Positions 1-10,795 are shown, numbered from the whole stretch's first letter. The stretch is 62,879 nt of DNA, filler included, from 6 parts of 6 records of this genome joined end to end with filler, not necessarily neighbours in it, one strand, 5' to 3'. Program-made: numbers and translations. The notes: generated by a model from the sequence alone, not told the origin.

Positions 1-1446
1 ATGATCGCCGTAAACGGTGCGCATCTGGCCTGGCCATGAATCAATAATACAAAGGTTGCCGTCGGTTGTACCCTCAAGCACCTTGCCCTCATTATCCACC
101 AATTGCGGTTGAACACCGAAGAATGGACGGGTTGCGGAGCCAGGTTTTAGATCTGTCGCGCCGGGCAGCGGCGTGATCATAATACCGCCGGTTTCAGTCT
201 GCCACCATGTATCCACGATCGGCGATTTCATATCGCCAACCACATGGTAATACCATTCCCACGCTTCAGGATTAATTGGCTCACCAACTGAACCAAGCGT
301 GCGCAATGATTTAAGTGAAGCGCCTTCGACATATTCATTGCCAGCGCCCATAAGTGCGCGAATGGCTGTTGGTGCTGTGTAGAAAATATTGACTTGGTGC
401 TTATCGCACACATCCCAAAAACGCGACGGTGTCGGATAAGTTGGCACCCCTTCAAACATCAATGTTGTCGCGCCGTTCGCCAGCGGACCATAGACGATAT
501 AAGAGTGACCAGTTACCCAGCCCACATCGGCCGTACACCAATAGATATCGCCGTCATGATAATCGAACACATATTCATGGGTCATCGACGCATAAACGAG
601 ATAACCACCGGTCGTGTGCAACACGCCCTTTGGTTTGCCCGTTGAGCCGGATGTATAGAGAATAAACAGCGGATCTTCCGCGTTCATTTCTTCTGGCGGA
701 CAATCGCCTGAAACAGTTTTAATGGCCTCATGATACCAAATATCGCGTGATGCCTCCCAAGCGACTTTGCCGCCAGTGCGTTCCACGACTAATACTTTTT
801 CAACCGCTACATTATCGCGCGCTGCAATCGCAATTGCTTTATCGACATTGGCTTTAAGCGGAACAGCCTTACCGCCGCGCAAGCCTTCGTCAGCGGTGAT
901 GATGAAGGTTGATTCACAATCGACGATACGTCCAGCCAATGCGTCTGGAGAAAAACCACCGAACACAATTGAGTGCACCGCGCCAATACGCGTACAGGCC
1001 AACATCGCATAGGCGGCCTCAGGTATCATCGGCATATAGATTGTGACGCGGTCGCCTTTTTTGACGCCATTTTCTTTCATCACATTGGAAAGACGACAGA
1101 CCTGATCGTAAAGTTCTTTGTAGGTGATCTTTTTATCAACGGCCGGGTCATCACCTTCCCAGATGATAGCCACTTGATCGCCGCGTTTTTCTAAATGGCG
1201 GTCAATACAATTATAAGAGACGTTGGTCGTGCCGTCCTCAAACCACTTAATGGTCAGGTCGCCAGTAAAGCTGGTGTTTTTTACGATTGTATAGGGTTTA
1301 AACCAATCGATGCGCTTGCCGTGCTCGCCCCAAAATTCTTCAGGTGATTCCACGCTTTTCGCGTACCAATCCAAATAGGTTTCATTGTCAATTTTGGCAC
1401 GTTCTTTAGCCGCCGGTAATACCGGATGCTTCTCAATCGTAAACAT
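1..1446 (-). CDS. acs: Acetyl-CoA synthetase, 3' end runs off the window
   Basis: Absent from the ORF track because it has no stop in the window. Manual translation from ATG 1446 (RBS GAGGAG) gives MFTIEKHP..., [57 protein letters not shown], ending [10 protein letters not shown] in frame at base 1. Confidence 0.96.
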   Translation of the reverse strand, partial: MFTIEKHPVLPAAKERAKIDNETYLDWYAKSVESPEEFWGEHGKRIDWFKPYTIVKNTSFTGDLTIKWFEDGTTNVSYNCIDRHLEKRGDQVAIIWEGDDPAVDKKITYKELYDQVCRLSNVMKENGVKKGDRVTIYMPMIPEAAYAMLACTRIGAVHSIVFGGFSPDALAGRIVDCESTFIITADEGLRGGKAVPLKANVDKAIAIAARDNVAVEKVLVVERTGGKVAWEASRDIWYHEAIKTVSGDCPPEEMNAEDPLFILYTSGSTGKPKGVLHTTGGYLVYASMTHEYVFDYHDGDIYWCTADVGWVTGHSYIVYGPLANGATTLMFEGVPTYPTPSRFWDVCDKHQVNIFYTAPTAIRALMGAGNEYVEGASLKSLRTLGSVGEPINPEAWEWYYHVVGDMKSPIVDTWWQTETGGIMITPLPGATDLKPGSATRPFFGVQPQLVDNEGKVLEGTTDGNLCIIDSWPGQMRTVYGDH

Positions 1447-1798
1447 TAGTCACTCCTCACACAGCTCTCAACGCCGCCCCAGCAAACGCACAGCGCCGTC
1501 TCCCAAATATCGTCGGTATTGTTAGCACATATCTATTGGATTGAAACCAAAACGTATATTAGACAAAGGATTGCATTGAGCTTTTTGGGCACAAGCGCAT
1601 ATTAACTAATCTCCCCGCGCGTAACAAACTGCAACTAAACTTGAATTGATTGCCTTATTCTAATCTGTTTTGAGGTCCACCGACCATTTTTGACGGTTTG
1701 AAAACCGCAAAGTCGCGCTCGTGTGCATCAATTGCCACATGCATGTCCTTAAACGCGCCGCCCCATAAGAGCGCATAAATCACTACGGAGTTCTTTAC

Positions 1799-2335
1799 AT
1801 GCACACACCTATCGCCGTGGGTAATTCCCGCGCGCAGATTGCTGCGTTCATTTTCGTTTTAATCTCAGTTGTCGTCGCCGCGTCCGTTTCTCATGCTGGT
1901 CCATTGCCAAAACCTGAAAATCCTTGGCACGCGATTACTGATTTTCAAACCGATCCCGAGCATGGATATCTTCTGCGCTCACCTTTCGACGAAATGAGCA
2001 ATGTGCAGCTTGCTGCCCTGCCAAAAGGCAACCGCATACATTACAACGCACCATCAAAATGCGTGCCCGCACAGCTTAAAAAAGTGCTCGAAACTGTCGC
2101 GACAAAATTCGGGCCCATCACTGTAAATTCAACGGTGCGCAGCAAAACAAAAAACCGCAGAATTGGCGGCAAGAAGAAGTCTTGGCACTTGCGCTGCGCA
2201 GCTGTTGATTTCCGCGTTCACGGTACAACCAAAGGCCTGCTCTCATATTTGAGCAAAAATCCCAGCGTTGGCGGCTATAAGCGCTACCGCACTGGTTTTT
2301 ATCACATCGATAATGGCCCAAAGCGCACTTGGTAA
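1799..2335 (+). CDS. Exported peptidase M15A / YcbK(DUF882)-like D-Ala-D-Ala metallopeptidase
   Basis: N-terminal hydrophobic signal; VNSTVRS, SWHLRCAAVDF and FYHIDNGPKRTW match M15 zinc-binding motifs; GGAG RBS. Confidence 0.85.
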   Translation: MHTPIAVGNSRAQIAAFIFVLISVVVAASVSHAGPLPKPENPWHAITDFQTDPEHGYLLRSPFDEMSNVQLAALPKGNRIHYNAPSKCVPAQLKKVLETVATKFGPITVNSTVRSKTKNRRIGGKKKSWHLRCAAVDFRVHGTTKGLLSYLSKNPSVGGYKRYRTGFYHIDNGPKRTW

Positions 2336-2353
2336 AATGGATCTTTGAAAAAT

Positions 2354-2382
2354 GAAAAACCCAGCTTTGCAGCTGGGCTTTC
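2354..2382. terminator. Bidirectional intrinsic terminator
   Basis: AAAAA-CCCAGCT-ttgc-AGCTGGG-cTTT between two convergent genes. Confidence 0.65.
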
Positions 2383-2384
2383 CC

Positions 2385-3320
2385 TTAATTCAACTTTTGA
2401 TCAATTATCATTTGCCTCAATGCATCATCAAGCGGCGTGTGCGGCACGTCTATGAGGCCCGCAAGTTTACGGCCATCAAGCGAATGAGCAGTGCGCCACA
2501 GATAAGACATTTTCGCAATTGCGCCCATGATCGAGTGAAACAAGCCGATAAAACGTAGCAATAACCAAGGCACATGGCCGCGCTTTAGCTTTTTGCCCGT
2601 CACGCGCGACACGGCTTCATAAGCCTCTTGGCCTGTCATTGTGTGCCCAGCAAAATTCAAGACATTATAACCATCAAGCGGCGGTTCGATCTGCGCAACA
2701 CGCACGAATGCTTCAGCATAATCTAGTACATAGGCAAATGAATGTGGCAGATTATATGGCCCCGGCCAAGCAAACTTGCCCTTTTTCAATTCACGCAAAA
2801 TCATCGTGTCGAAATAAGTGAAAAGGCGTTTGCCACCAAAAAAGTCACCTGCGCGGATAACAATTGTGTTCACGCCGTCATTGGCCGCATCTTCAAACAT
2901 CTGCTCCAGCTCGACACGGATTTTGCCTTTATGCGTATCAGCGGCAAACGGCATGTCTTCACTCATATTCATGTGAATTGATGTGCCAAAATTATAGACA
3001 TTGCCGGCGATCATAACCCTTGCACCGCTCGCCTTGGCGGCCGCCAATACATTGCGACCCAGCGGCAAGACCGTTGTCTCCCAATCATCATAGGCTGGGT
3101 TTAGGGCGTGAATAATCACGTCAGAACCGGCACATGCTGCAATCAACGCCTCTGCATCCATCGCATTTGCCTCAACCGGCTCAACACCTTTTACTAAGGT
3201 CGATAATTTTGCGCCGCGTGCAACACCGCGCACGTTCCAACCCGCTTTTAAAAATTGCACAGCACAGGCTTCGCCAATACGGCCCGCTGCACCTAAAATC
3301 GTTACTGTTTTCATCATCAT
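2385..3320 (-). CDS. NAD-dependent epimerase/dehydratase (extended SDR)
   Basis: Rossmann motif TILGAAGRIG, GNVYNFG, IRAGDFFG. Start is likely in the MMMK run at 3320-3314. Confidence 0.85.
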   Translation of the reverse strand: MMMKTVTILGAAGRIGEACAVQFLKAGWNVRGVARGAKLSTLVKGVEPVEANAMDAEALIAACAGSDVIIHALNPAYDDWETTVLPLGRNVLAAAKASGARVMIAGNVYNFGTSIHMNMSEDMPFAADTHKGKIRVELEQMFEDAANDGVNTIVIRAGDFFGGKRLFTYFDTMILRELKKGKFAWPGPYNLPHSFAYVLDYAEAFVRVAQIEPPLDGYNVLNFAGHTMTGQEAYEAVSRVTGKKLKRGHVPWLLLRFIGLFHSIMGAIAKMSYLWRTAHSLDGRKLAGLIDVPHTPLDDALRQMIIDQKLN

Positions 3321-3409
3321 TTCCAATTCAATGTTTCGATGATGAAGATTTAATACATCCACAAATGGATATATATGTTGAATTTTGTATCTTAATCATT
3401 CAAAATTGA

Positions 3410-4300
3410 ATGATGCGCGATTTTGATTGGAACCACATAAAATCTTTTTTGGCCGTCATCGATCATCAAACATTGATGAGCGCGGCAAAAGCGCTCGCCA
3501 TATCTCAGCCAACGCTCGGGCGACATATTACCGATCTCGAACAGACAACTGGCCTAACGCTGTTTGACCGTGGGCGAAATGGAATGCGCCCAACACAGGC
3601 TGCGCTGGTTCTTGCCGCACAAGCCCGCGACATGCAGCGCGAGGCGAATGCATTTGCCCTTGCCGCCAGCGCGCGTGATGAGCAATTAACAGGCACTGTG
3701 CGGATAACGGCTAGCCGCGTTGTCGCAACTTTTATCTTGCCAGACATCATCGCCAAATTTTCAAGGCTAGAGCCGGGCATTCAAATTGAGCTTGTGCCTT
3801 CCGACACGGTGGAAAATCTTCTAGCGCGCGATGCCGATATAGCGCTGCGTATGACGCAGCCAAAGCAAAACGATACGATCATGCGTAAAGCCAACGACAT
3901 GGGTTTGGGCAGCTATGCACATAAAGATTACTTGAAAAACGCACCACCTTTGGAAACGCCTGCCGATTTAAAGAACCACAAAATCATCGGCTTTGATCGC
4001 GACAATCTCATCATTCAAAGCATGGCTGCAGGCGGCGTTGATATGACACGGGAAGATTTTGCCGTGCGCACCGATGATCAGATCACCTATTTGCATCTCC
4101 TGTTTGCTGGCATCGGCATTGGATTTGCTGCCAATATTATTGCAAGTAAAAGCGAAGGGCTTATCCGTGTATTGGAACAGTTCACAATACCGCCATTGCC
4201 CATTTGGCTGGTTTCCCATCACGAGTTAAATACCAATCCGCGCATAAGGCGCACAATGGACTTTCTGTATGAAGAGATAAAAGCGCTCGATTTTACTTGA
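3410..4300 (+). CDS. LysR-family transcriptional regulator
   Basis: HTH AAKALAISQPTLGRHITDLE, GTVRITAS, 296 aa; divergent from the epimerase. Confidence 0.95.
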   Translation: MMRDFDWNHIKSFLAVIDHQTLMSAAKALAISQPTLGRHITDLEQTTGLTLFDRGRNGMRPTQAALVLAAQARDMQREANAFALAASARDEQLTGTVRITASRVVATFILPDIIAKFSRLEPGIQIELVPSDTVENLLARDADIALRMTQPKQNDTIMRKANDMGLGSYAHKDYLKNAPPLETPADLKNHKIIGFDRDNLIIQSMAAGGVDMTREDFAVRTDDQITYLHLLFAGIGIGFAANIIASKSEGLIRVLEQFTIPPLPIWLVSHHELNTNPRIRRTMDFLYEEIKALDFT

Positions 4301-5492
4301 GCTTTTTCTCACTGAGATTGGGTAAGAAAAAGCCACTGATAGCCACCAGCGTGACAATAATTGCCCAAACAATATAGATAATGCGAATGGAATAAATTTC
4401 TGCAAAAAAGCCCGCAAGCGCAGGCAGGAACAAAAGCCCGCCATAGCCGCAAGCCGTAATGATTGCGATGCCGATGGACGGGCGCACACCTGGAAAACGA
4501 CCAGCGGTTGAAAACAAAATTGGCACCACATTGGCCATGCCAAGACCAGCGATCAAAAAGCCAATACAGGCGGTGTAAAAATCACCTGCGACGCCCGCGA
4601 TCAACAGACCAACACCTGAAACTGCCGTGCTCACAATAAAAGTATGCCGATCACCGAAACGCACACGAACACCATCGCCAAAAAAGCGCATGAAAGCCAT
4701 GGTGGAAGAAAAAGCAGCGACCGCATAGCCACTCACAAGCAGTGGCGATTCCAGTTCGTTTCGTAAATAGAGGCCGCTCCAATCAATGATCGTACCTTCT
4801 GGGGCAAACGAAAGCATGGTCAAAATACCAAACAGATAAATGCCCCACTGGCGCGGCAATTTAAACGCTTTGGGCGCGCCGACCACTGGGGGCTGTGACG
4901 CATGAAACGCGGCATCCATGTGCTTATCAGAAACATAGCCAGGCCAAGCCCAGCCAATCAAGATGAGCACGAGAACCATCACAATCAGCGAATGACCAAG
5001 TTCGCCAAACCACGCGATCATCGCGCCGCCGGTGAGGCCGCCGATAACACCGCCAAGACTCCAAAACCCGTGATAAGACGACATAACGGGCCGATTAAGC
5101 GCAACTTCAACCGCCGCGCCATTGGCGTTCATTGCATTGTCCATCGCACCCATAAACATGCCAAGCCACAACATTGAAATTGTCGCGGTCATGACAGTTG
5201 GGCTAAGGCTCAGCAGCACCAAAGCGGGCGCAAGCAAAAGCGATGTCCAGCGCATAATATTTTCAGAGCCAAACAGATTAACAAGCCAAGCGCCAATAAT
5301 CAGCGCGATAATCGCGCCAACACCAAACAAGATAATCATATAGCCAAGCGTTGCTTCCGAAATACCAAGACGCGTAACCATCATCGGAATTTTAGGCGCC
5401 CAATGGCCCACGACCAATCCATTGGCCAAAAAAGCCGCATAAACTGAATATTGCGCGCGTTTGAGCGCGGCTGGCGAAATGTCATTGGTCAC
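4293..5492 (-). CDS. MFS transporter (YbjJ-like)
   Basis: About 12 hydrophobic segments; MSSYHGFWSLGG, EGTIIDWSGLYL, MRFFGD. Confidence 0.88.
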   Translation of the reverse strand: MTNDISPAALKRAQYSVYAAFLANGLVVGHWAPKIPMMVTRLGISEATLGYMIILFGVGAIIALIIGAWLVNLFGSENIMRWTSLLLAPALVLLSLSPTVMTATISMLWLGMFMGAMDNAMNANGAAVEVALNRPVMSSYHGFWSLGGVIGGLTGGAMIAWFGELGHSLIVMVLVLILIGWAWPGYVSDKHMDAAFHASQPPVVGAPKAFKLPRQWGIYLFGILTMLSFAPEGTIIDWSGLYLRNELESPLLVSGYAVAAFSSTMAFMRFFGDGVRVRFGDRHTFIVSTAVSGVGLLIAGVAGDFYTACIGFLIAGLGMANVVPILFSTAGRFPGVRPSIGIAIITACGYGGLLFLPALAGFFAEIYSIRIIYIVWAIIVTLVAISGFFLPNLSEKKLK

Positions 5493-5552
5493 AGTGAAAA
5501 GCCAAACAAAAAAGAAACAAAATACACCTGATTGCTCAGGACGAGGCAGCTA

Positions 5553-5564
5553 TAAATCGATTTA
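5553..5564. promoter_or_regulatory. Putative LacI-family operator
   Basis: Perfect palindrome TAAATCGATTTA with central CG, about 60 bp upstream of the MFS start. Confidence 0.5.
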
Positions 5565-5637
5565 AAATGACATACAAATGAAAATCATATGACGCTTCAG
5601 TCTCCTGACGCCGTCAAATTTAACGATCAATAAAACC

Positions 5638-6120
5638 TCATTCAAAAGCGGAAAGCCATTTGGCAAGCAACCCATCAAGCGCTGCCTGTTCATCCTTAGT
5701 CAGTGGTTCAACAAGCCGCTCTTGGTTTTCCACATGCGCGGTAACAGCCTCTTCGATCACAGCCATGCCCTTATCAGTGAGTGCAATAACAAAACCGCGA
5801 CCATCATCCGCGTTTCGTTCGCGCGACACAAAGCCTTCTGCGACAAGCCGGTCAATGCGGTTAGTCATCGTGCCAGAGGACACCATTGTCCAGTCCATCA
5901 AATCGGTGGGGCTTAGTGCAAAGGGCGCGCCCGAACGGCGCAACGTTGCCAGCACATCAAAGCTCGCAGCGTTAAGGCCATGTACCGCAAACACCGCGGC
6001 GACTTGTTTCGATAATTGAACTTCTAACCGTTTGAGGCGGCCCATAACGCCCATTGGCCCGACATTTAAGTCCGGCCGTTCTACCCGCCATTGTTCAAGA
6101 ATACGCTCTACTGGATCCAT
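5638..6120 (-). CDS. pecS: MarR-family regulator, PecS/urate-responsive (UrtR) type
   Basis: N-terminal helix ILEQWRVERPD, FDVLATLRRSG, MTNRIDRL; divergent from an EamA exporter. Confidence 0.8.
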   Translation of the reverse strand: MDPVERILEQWRVERPDLNVGPMGVMGRLKRLEVQLSKQVAAVFAVHGLNAASFDVLATLRRSGAPFALSPTDLMDWTMVSSGTMTNRIDRLVAEGFVSRERNADDGRGFVIALTDKGMAVIEEAVTAHVENQERLVEPLTKDEQAALDGLLAKWLSAFE

Positions 6121-6141
6121 GATTGCAAAATATCAAATTTT

Positions 6142-6184
6142 ATCTTGACGTCAAGATTTGTCAAACTATCTTGATATCAAGATA
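6142..6184. promoter_or_regulatory. Two palindromic PecS-type operators
   Basis: ATCTTGACGTCAAGAT (6142-6157) and TATCTTGATATCAAGATA (6167-6184), both perfect inverted repeats in the pecS-pecM intergenic region. Confidence 0.8.
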
Positions 6185-6214
6185 AACTGAACCAACCGTT
6201 CGACGGATACAGCC

Positions 6215-7099
6215 ATGCCAAAGACAACTGATGTGATAATCACCGCGCTCGCCCCCATGATTTGGGGCAGCACCTATATTGTGACAACTGAAATGTTGCC
6301 GCAGGGATTTCCACTGACGGTGAGCCTACTGCGCGCTTTACCCGCCGGTCTCATTTTGTTGCTTGTTGTCCGACAATTTCCGCCGAAAGCGTGGGTGGTG
6401 CGCCTCTTCATTTTAGGCTTTTTAAACTTCACACTGTTTTGGAGCATGTTATTTATTGCCGCCTATAAATTGCCGGGCGGTGTGGCCGCAACGCTTGGTG
6501 CTACGCAGCCGCTCATCGTGCTGTTCCTCGCCCGCTTTGCTTTGGGTTCAACCATTAATTCCGTCGGTATTATGGCTGCGCTGGGCGGCCTTCTCGGCGT
6601 CGCTTTTTTGGTGCTGTCGCCGCAAGCAGCGCTTGATCCCATCGGCATTGCCGCAGCCTTTGGCGGTGCAGTTTCCATGGCCTTTGGCACAGTGCTCACG
6701 CGCAAATGGCAACCGCCGGTGTCGCCGCTCACCTTTACCGCATGGCAATTGACCGCTGGCGGCCTATTGCTGCTTCCGCTCGCGCTGGTATTGGAGCCCG
6801 GTTTCCCCATGCCAACGATGATGAACCTTGCTGGCTTTGTTTGGCTGGGATTAATTGGCGCAGCGCTGACCTATTACTTCTGGTTTCGCGGCATCGCGCT
6901 TATTGGACCATCTAATGCAGCGCCGCTCGGTTTTCTAAGCCCATTGAGCGCCGTTTTGCTCGGCTGGATAATTCTGGGCCAAGCACTGTCAGCACTACAG
7001 ATTTGCGGCGCACTGCTCGTTCTTATCAGCCTTTGGTTCGGCCAGCGGGCTTCGCGCACGCCGCCCATAGTAGCAAAAGAAAAAGCCCCGATCACATGA
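6215..7099 (+). CDS. pecM: EamA/DMT-family exporter (PecM-like)
   Basis: TALAPMIWGSTYIVTTEMLP, AAYKLPGGVAATLGATQP, about 10 TM segments. Confidence 0.8.
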   Translation: MPKTTDVIITALAPMIWGSTYIVTTEMLPQGFPLTVSLLRALPAGLILLLVVRQFPPKAWVVRLFILGFLNFTLFWSMLFIAAYKLPGGVAATLGATQPLIVLFLARFALGSTINSVGIMAALGGLLGVAFLVLSPQAALDPIGIAAAFGGAVSMAFGTVLTRKWQPPVSPLTFTAWQLTAGGLLLLPLALVLEPGFPMPTMMNLAGFVWLGLIGAALTYYFWFRGIALIGPSNAAPLGFLSPLSAVLLGWIILGQALSALQICGALLVLISLWFGQRASRTPPIVAKEKAPIT

Positions 7100-7108
7100 T
7101 CGGGGCTT
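7081..7108. terminator. Bidirectional terminator between pecM and pyc
   Basis: AAGCCCCGATCA-ca-TGATCGGGGCTT hairpin with an A-tract on the left (U-tract for pyc). Confidence 0.75.
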
Positions 7109-7126
7109 AACTTTAAAAGCAGCTGT

Positions 7127-10100
7127 TTATTCTTCGTAGACGACCAACAAATCCTTGGCGTCAATCTGATCGCCAGCCTTGATGAGCACTTCTTTGATCG
7201 TGCCATCGCGGTCAGCGTGGATAGCCGTTTCCATTTTCATGGCCTCAATAGAACACAGCACATCGCCGGAAAGCACTTCTTGGCCAACTTTGATAGCAAG
7301 CGTTGAAATAACGCCCGGCATCGGTGCGCTGACATGAGTAGCATTGCCCTCTTCAGCTTTGCGGCGTGACATAGAGCCTTCTGCGCCATGGGCACGGTCC
7401 GGCACTTTAATGCGGCGCGGCTGACCGTTCAGCTCAAAGAACACAGTCTTCATGCCTTTTTCGTCGGTCTCGCTGATGGCAAGGCAGTTCACAACAAGCG
7501 TTTTACCCTGCTCGATTTCAATCAGCACTTCGTCTTCTGGCGTCAAACCATAGAAGTAAACCGGCGTTGGCAACTTCGACACAGGACCATATTTTTCCTG
7601 CGCCATGGCAAAGTCCGTGTAGACCTTTGGGTACATGAGATAAGAAGCAAAATGCAGCTCATCGATTTCATGTTCGAGCTTGTCTTCAATCTCTTTGCGC
7701 AAGGCCGCCATATCGGCTTCTTTAAGCAAGGAACCTGGACGCACCGTGTAACCGGCATCGCCTTTAAGCACTTTTTTCTTCAGACCTTCAGGCCAACCAG
7801 AAGGTGGCTGTCCCAAATCACCGCGCATCATTGAAACAACAGAATCAGGGAAAGAAATATCTTTCGAAGGATTTTCAACTTCTGCGACGGTCAAATCTTG
7901 ACTCACCATCATCAAAGCCATATCGCCAACCACTTTGGATGACGGTGTCACTTTTACGATATCACCAAACATGTTGTTGGCATCGTGATAGGCACGCGCC
8001 ACTTCATGCCAACGCGATTCAAGGCCAAGCGAACGCGCCTGTTCTTTCAAATTGGTGAACTGGCCACCTGGCATTTCATGCAAATAAACCTCAGACGCAG
8101 GGCCTTTGAGATCGCTTTCAAAAGCCACATATTGGTTGCGCACGGCTTCCCAATAGAAAGAAATACGGCGTATCCATTCTGCATCCAAGCCAGAATCGCG
8201 TTCTGTGCCGCGCAGCGCTTCAACGATAGAACCAAGACATGGCTGCGATGTATTGCCAGAGAAAGAATCCATCGCGGCATCGACAACATCAGCGCCTGCA
8301 TCCACAGCGGCGAGAACCGTCGCGGCAGAAATGCCTGATGTATCATGCGTATGGAAATGCAGCGGTAAATCGGTTTCTTCACGCAGCGCTTTAAACAGCT
8401 GCGTTGCAGCTGCCGGTTTCAGCAAGCCAGCCATATCTTTAACCGCGAGCATATGAGCGCCAGCAGCTTCTAGCTCTTTGGCCAGCGCCACATAATATTT
8501 CAGATCATATTTTGGACGCGCAGAATTGAGAATATCGCCTGTATAGCAAATAGTTGCTTCGCAAATCTTATTCTCTTCGCCCACCGCATCCATCGAGACG
8601 CGCATATTTTCCACCCAGTTAAGGCAGTCAAATACGCGGAACACATCAATGCCGCCAGCTGATGCTTGGCGCACAAAATGTTTGACCACATTGTCAGGAT
8701 AGTTCGTGTAGCCAACGCCGTTTGCGCCGCGCAGCAACATTTGCAGCAAGATATTTGGCGCTTGTTCGCGCACATTGGCCAAGCGCTCCCATGGGTCTTC
8801 GGTCAAGAAGCGCATCGCCACATCAAATGTCGCGCCGCCCCAACATTCAAGCGAAAACAGTGTCGGCAAAGCCCGCGCATAAGTGCCTGCAATCGAGGCA
8901 ATATCATGTGTGCGCATACGTGTTGCCAGCAAGCTCTGGTGACCGTCACGCATCGTCGTGTCAGTGATCAAAATTTGCTTTTGAGCACGCACCCATTTTG
9001 CAAATTCTACCGGCCCTACTTCGTCCAACAAGCGTTTTGTGCCGCCAGTCGCTGGCAACTTGCCTTCAACCCAAGGCACCTGCGGGCGCATGATATCCGA
9101 TTTTGGCTCAGGGCGACCCTTGGTTTCAGGATGACCGTTTACCGTCACATCGGCAATATAAGTCAGAAGCTTCGTCGCGCGGTCTTGGCGGCGCACTTGC
9201 TCAAACAATGCCGGCGTATTGTCTATAAATTTCGTTGTGTACTCATTCGACTTGAAAAGTGGATGTGAAATAATCGCTTCAAGGAATGTCAAATTCGTCG
9301 CCACGCCGCGAATACGGAATTCGCGCAAAGCGCGGTCCATACGGGCAATCACTTCATCAGAAGTTGGCGCCCATGCTGTGACTTTCTCCAGCAGCGGATC
9401 ATAGAAGCGCGTAATCACCGCGCCAGAATAGGCTGTACCGCCATCGAGGCGAATACCAAAACCGGTCGCGCCGCGATAAGCGGTAATACGACCATAATCG
9501 GGAATGAAATTGTGCTCTGGATCTTCGGTCGTAATACGGCACTGCAACGCATGGCCGTTAAGGCGAATGTCTTCCTGCTTTGGAACGCCTGATTCAGGTG
9601 TGCCAATCGCGTGGCCTTCAAGAATATGAATTTGCGCTTTGATAATGTCGATGCCGGTTACTTCTTCGGTGACCGTATGCTCCACTTGCACGCGCGGATT
9701 CACTTCAATGAAGTAGAACTTGCCCGTGTCAGAATCCATCAAGAACTCAACTGTGCCTGCGCCAATATAGTTCGTGGCATGGGCAATTTTCAGTGCGTAA
9801 TCTGAAAGCTCTTTGCGCTGCTCCCAATTAAGATAAGGCGCAGGCGCGCGTTCAACCACTTTTTGGTTGCGGCGCTGAATGGAACAATCGCGCTCCCACA
9901 AATGCACAGCGTTGCCATGCGTATCGCCAAGAATTTGCACTTCAACATGGCGCGCGCGCTCAACGAGTTTTTCAAAATAAACTTCGTCCTTACCAAAGGC
10001 AGCTTTCGCTTCGCGCTTGCCTTCAATCACTTCATTTACAACTTCTTTCTCGCTGAAAATCGCGCGCATACCGCGCCCGCCGCCGCCCCATGAAGCTTTG

Positions 10101-10594
10101 AGCATCACCGGATAGCCAATTTCAGCGGCGATCCGTTTAACTTCAGACATATCATCAGGCAGTGGCTCCGTTGCCGGAACAACAGGCACACCGGCAGATA
10201 TAGCCAGATTACGCGCCGCGACTTTATTGCCAAGCGAACGCATGGTTTCAGGCTTTGGCCCAATGAAAATAATGCCAGCTTCTTGGCAAGCATCAACAAA
10301 TTCTGGGCTTTCAGATAAAAGGCCATAACCTGGATGGATCGCATCAGCGCCGGATATGCGCGCAACGCGCAAAATTTCTTCGATAGAAAGATAGCTTTCG
10401 ATCGGGCCCATATCTTTATCAAGATGCGGACCACGACCCACTTGATAGGATTCGTCCGCTTTAAACCGGTGCAAAGCGAGCTTGTCTTCTTCAGCCCAGA
10501 TCGCGACAGTTTTAATATCCAGTTCGTTTGCTGCGCGGAAAACGCGAATAGCAATTTCAGACCGGTTGGCGACAAGAATCTTTTTAATAGACAC
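7127..10594 (-). CDS. pyc: Pyruvate carboxylase
   Basis: ANRSEIAIR and GGGGRGMR biotin-carboxylase motifs, RDGHQSLLATR carboxyltransferase motif, EAMKM biotinylation site; 1155 aa. Confidence 0.98.
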   Translation of the reverse strand: MSIKKILVANRSEIAIRVFRAANELDIKTVAIWAEEDKLALHRFKADESYQVGRGPHLDKDMGPIESYLSIEEILRVARISGADAIHPGYGLLSESPEFVDACQEAGIIFIGPKPETMRSLGNKVAARNLAISAGVPVVPATEPLPDDMSEVKRIAAEIGYPVMLKASWGGGGRGMRAIFSEKEVVNEVIEGKREAKAAFGKDEVYFEKLVERARHVEVQILGDTHGNAVHLWERDCSIQRRNQKVVERAPAPYLNWEQRKELSDYALKIAHATNYIGAGTVEFLMDSDTGKFYFIEVNPRVQVEHTVTEEVTGIDIIKAQIHILEGHAIGTPESGVPKQEDIRLNGHALQCRITTEDPEHNFIPDYGRITAYRGATGFGIRLDGGTAYSGAVITRFYDPLLEKVTAWAPTSDEVIARMDRALREFRIRGVATNLTFLEAIISHPLFKSNEYTTKFIDNTPALFEQVRRQDRATKLLTYIADVTVNGHPETKGRPEPKSDIMRPQVPWVEGKLPATGGTKRLLDEVGPVEFAKWVRAQKQILITDTTMRDGHQSLLATRMRTHDIASIAGTYARALPTLFSLECWGGATFDVAMRFLTEDPWERLANVREQAPNILLQMLLRGANGVGYTNYPDNVVKHFVRQASAGGIDVFRVFDCLNWVENMRVSMDAVGEENKICEATICYTGDILNSARPKYDLKYYVALAKELEAAGAHMLAVKDMAGLLKPAAATQLFKALREETDLPLHFHTHDTSGISAATVLAAVDAGADVVDAAMDSFSGNTSQPCLGSIVEALRGTERDSGLDAEWIRRISFYWEAVRNQYVAFESDLKGPASEVYLHEMPGGQFTNLKEQARSLGLESRWHEVARAYHDANNMFGDIVKVTPSSKVVGDMALMMVSQDLTVAEVENPSKDISFPDSVVSMMRGDLGQPPSGWPEGLKKKVLKGDAGYTVRPGSLLKEADMAALRKEIEDKLEHEIDELHFASYLMYPKVYTDFAMAQEKYGPVSKLPTPVYFYGLTPEDEVLIEIEQGKTLVVNCLAISETDEKGMKTVFFELNGQPRRIKVPDRAHGAEGSMSRRKAEEGNATHVSAPMPGVISTLAIKVGQEVLSGDVLCSIEAMKMETAIHADRDGTIKEVLIKAGDQIDAKDLLVVYEE

Positions 10595-10795
10595 TATAAT
10601 ATCCTGTGTTTGAGCACTGCGTTAGCACTTCTATAAGCGATAATTTAGTCTGAGCAAATCACTCACTAAGTCAACTGATAAGCGTTTTAGTTTCTAAACT
10701 GAGTTTGATTCATATAACTTATATAAGTTTACAATGTTAGGCAACACATTCAAGCCAAATGCAAAAACAGTTTGATCTTAATAACAAGCCTGAAT

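Noticed and set aside
228-1194. Short ORFs suggesting a fragmented or pseudogenised region
   Set aside because: The region is one open acs frame on the minus strand that lacks a stop within the window.
1680-1790. Possible riboswitch in the M15 peptidase leader (CGGTT-TGAA-AACCG hairpin followed by CAAAG)
   Set aside because: Only one short hairpin is evident and I could not build a full known aptamer. An Rfam/Infernal scan would be needed.
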